Positions 59,401-64,000 of a DNA stretch of 64,000 bases are shown here, in pieces. Source of the stretch: the human T2T-CHM13v2.0 reference genome, Homo sapiens. The first letter of the stretch is position 1, and each line of letters begins with the position of its first letter. The translations under genes were made by a program, and so were the position numbers. The DNA lies in the NCBI RefSeq assembly GCF_009914755.1, contig NC_060934.1; one strand, written 5' to 3'. Under the pieces are notes generated by a model that was given only the letters and a program-made list of their open reading frames with translations, did not search any database and was not told the DNA's origin.

Positions 59401-62400
59401 TCATTCTTGCTTTTATGTGAAGACATTTCCTTTTTCACCATACGCCACAAATGGATCACAAATATCCCTTTGGAGATCCTACAAAAAGACTGTTTCCAAA
59501 CTGCTCAATGAAAAGAAAAGTTCAACTCTGTGTGATGAATGCGCACATCACAAAGAAGTTTCTCAGAAAGCTTCTGTCTTGTTTTTATGTGGAGATATTT
59601 CCTTTTTCACCATAAGCCTGAAACTGCCTACATATATCCCTTTGCAGATTCTCCAAAAAATACTGTTTCCAAAGTATTCAATTAAAAGAAATGTTAAGCT
59701 CTGTGAGATGAATGCACACATCACAAAGAAGTTCCTCAGAAAGTATGTGTCTAGTTTTTATGTGAAGACATTTCCTGTTTCAACATAGGCCACAAACGGA
59801 TCACAAATATCCCTTTGAAATTCTCCAAAAAGACTATTTCCAAACTGCTCAATCAAAACAAAGGTTCAACTCTGTGAGATGAATGCACACATCACAAAGT
59901 AGTTTCTCAGAAAGTTTCTCTGTAGTTTTTATGTGAAGATATTTACTTTTTCACCATAAGACTCAAAACGTTTAAAAATATCACTTTGCGGATTCTACAA
60001 AAAGACAGTTTCCAAACTGCTCAATCAAAAGAATGGTTCAACTCTGTGAGACAAATGTACACAACACAAAGAAGTTTTTCTGTGTAGTTTTTATGTGAAT
60101 ATATTTCCTTTCTAACCATAGGCCTCCATCCACTCAGAAATATCCCTTTTTAGATTCTCCAAAAAGACTGTTTCCAAACTGCTCAAGCAAAAGTGATGTT
60201 CAAATCTGTGTGATGAATGCACACATCACAAAGAAGTTTCTCAGAAAACTTCTGTCTAGCTTTTATGTGAGGATATTTCCCTTTTCACAATATGCCTCAA
60301 ACCACCTACATGTATCCCTTTGCAGATTCTACAAAAAGACTGCTTCCAAACTGCTCAATCAAGAGAAAATTACAACCTTGTGAGATGAATGCACACATGA
60401 CAAAGAAGTTTCTCAGAAAACTTCTGTCTAATTTTTTATGTGAAGGCATTTCCTTCTTCACCATAGGCCACAAATGGATCAAAAATATCCCTTGCAGATT
60501 CCCCAAAAAGACTGTTTCCAAACTGCTCAATCAAAAGTAAGCTTCAAATCTGTGAGATGAATGCACACATTACAAAGAAGTTTCTCAGAAAGCTTCTGTC
60601 TAATTTTTTATGTGAAGGCATTTCTTTTTTCACCATAGGCCACAAATGGATTAAAAATATCCCTTGCAGATTCCCCAAAAAGACTGTTTCCAAACTGCTC
60701 AATCAAAACAAAGGTTCAACTCTGTGAGATGAATGCACACATCACAAGGAAGTTTCTCACAAAACTTCTGTCTAGTTTTTATGTGAAGATGTTTACTTTT
60801 TCACCATAAGCCCCAAAGCATTCAAAAATATCAGTTTGCAGATTCTACAAAAAGACTGTTTCCAAATTGCTCAATCAAAGGGACAGTTCACTCTTTGAGA
60901 CGAATGAACACTTCACGAAGAAGTGTTTCTGTGTAGTTTTTATGTGAATATATTTTCTTTCTCACCATAGTCCTCAAACTGCTCACAAATATCCCTTTGT
61001 AGATTCCCAAAAAGACTGTTTCCAAACTGCTCAATTGAAAGAGATGTTCAACCCTGTGTGATGAATGCACACATAAAAAAAAAAGTTTCTCAGAAACCTT
61101 CTGTCTAGTTTTTATGTGAAGAGAATTCCTTTTTCACCACAGGCCTGAAAGTGCAAATAAATGTTCCTTTGTACGTTCCAGAAAAAGACTGTTTCCAAAC
61201 CATACAATCAAAAGAAAGGATCAACTTTGTGTGATGAATGCACACATCGCAAAGGATTTTCTCAGAAATCTTACAATGTAGTTTTTATATGAAGGTATTT
61301 CCTTTTTCACAATAGGCCTCAAACCACCTTCATATATCCCTTTTCAGATTCTACAAAAAGACTGTTTCTGAACATCTCAATCAAAAGAAAGGTTCAACTC
61401 TTTGTGATTAATGTGCACTTCACAAAGAAGTTTGTCAGAAAGCTTCTGTCTATTTTTTGTGTGAAGATATTTCCTTTTTCACCTTAGGCCTCAAACTGCC
61501 TACATATATCCCTTTGCAGATTCCACAAAAAGACTGTTTCCAAACTATTCAATCAAAAGAAAATTCAACTCTGTGAGAATAATGCACACATCACAAGAAG
61601 TTCCTCAGAAAGTTTGTGTCTAGTTTTTATTTGAAGACATTTCCTTTTTCACCATAGACCACAACTGGATCACAAATATCCCTTTGCATATTCTTCAAAA
61701 AGGCTTTTTCCAAAGTACGTAGTGAAAACAAATGTTCAACTATGTGAGATGAATGCACACATCACAAAGAGGTTTGTCACAAAGATTCTGTCTAGTTTTT
61801 ATGTGAATATATTTCCTTTCTCACCATAAGACTCAAAGCTTTCACAAATATCACTTTGCAGATTCTACAAAAAAACTGTTTCTAAACTTCTAAATCAAAA
61901 GAATGGTTGAACTCCGTGAGATGAAAGAACACATCAAAAAGAAGTTTCTCAGAAAGTTTCTGTCTAGTTTTTATGTGAATATGTTTAATTTCTCACCATT
62001 GATCTCAAACCGCACAAAAATATCCCTTTACAGATTCTACAAAAAGACTGTTTACAATCTGCTCAACCAAAATAACAGTTACACTCTGTGAGATGAATAC
62101 ACACATCACAAGGAAGTTTCTCAGAAAGATTTTGTCTAGTTTTTATGTGAAGATACTTCCTTTTTCACCATAGGCCTCAAAGCATACACAAATATCACTT
62201 CGCAGATTCTAGAAAAAGACTGTTTCCAAACTGCTCAATCAAAAGAATAGTTCTACTCTGTGAGACTAGTGAACACATCACAAAGAAGTTTATCAGAAAA
62301 CTTCGGTCTAGTTGTTTTTTTGTGAATATATTTCCTTTCTCACCATAGGCCAAAAACTGCTCACAAATACACCTTTGCAGATTCCCCAAAAAGACTGTTT

Positions 62401-62492
62401 CCAAACTGCTCCATCAAAAGAGATGTTCAACTCTGTGTGATGAATGCACACATCACAAAGCAGTTACTCAGAAAGCTTTTCTGTTTGTTTTT
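59401..62492 (-). repeat. Inverted alpha satellite sub-layer with degenerate tetrameric order
   Basis: Recurring monomer marks: CCTACATAT, GGATCACAAAT, AATATCACTTT, GATGTTCAA..CTGTGTGATG. Confidence 0.85.
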
Positions 62493-63710
<1,218 letters not shown>

Positions 63711-64000
63711 GCTTCTTTGTTGTTTTTATGTGAATATAATTCCTTTATCACAATAGGCTTCAACACTCTCCCAAATATCCCTTTGCAGATTCTACAAAAA
63801 CACCACTTCCAAATTGTTCAATCAAAAGTATGCTTCAACACTGTGAGATGAATGCACACATCACAAAGAAGTTTCTCAGAAAGCTTCTGTCAGTTTTGAT
63901 ATGAAGAAATTTCCTTTTTCACCATAGGCCTCAAAGCACTCACAAATGTCCCTTTGCAGATTCCAAAAAAGACTGTTTCCAAACTGCTCAATCAAAAGAA
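63711..64000 (-). repeat. Inverted alpha satellite, continues beyond the window
   Basis: CTGTGAGATGAATGCACACATCACAAAGAAGTTTCTCAGAAAGCTTCTG. Confidence 0.93.

Noticed and set aside
51859-62404. Short ORFs in the inverted satellite (CEMNAHITKKFLRKLLSSFYVKIFPFSP)
   Set aside because: The same satellite-translation artefact on the opposite strand.

Overview
Primate (hominine, probably human) pericentromeric 'dead' alpha-satellite region. There are no host genes. About 85% of the window is diverged ~171-172 bp alpha satellite with the A-box motif (CTATGGTGAAAAAGGAA); I found no intact CENP-B box by eye. The satellite forms sharply joined layers. An ancient ~344-bp dimeric layer runs ~0.4-36.9 kb (+), then a 172-bp monomer layer with a relic 13-mer (36.9-39.75 kb, +), then a mostly 171-bp M1/SF4-like layer (39.75-49.1 kb, +). 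After a strand switch come minus-oriented 172-bp layers (51.2-64 kb). Five L1PA2-PA4 elements interrupt it: a 3' end at the window start, a twin-primed 5'-inverted L1PA2 with a 15-bp TSD, a dead full-length L1PA2/3 without a TSD, a head-to-head L1PA3/4 structure exactly at the satellite inversion point, and an L1 with both termini but a ~4.8-kb internal deletion whose junction is an 18-bp palindrome. All ORFs outside L1 are repeat-translation artefacts. I found no evidence of a new protein-coding system. The points of interest are structural: the L1-bridged satellite inversion, several relic higher-order repeats, and regularly spaced dyad symmetries. Subfamily and layer names come from recalled consensus diagnostics read by eye and need RepeatMasker/HumAS-HMMER confirmation.
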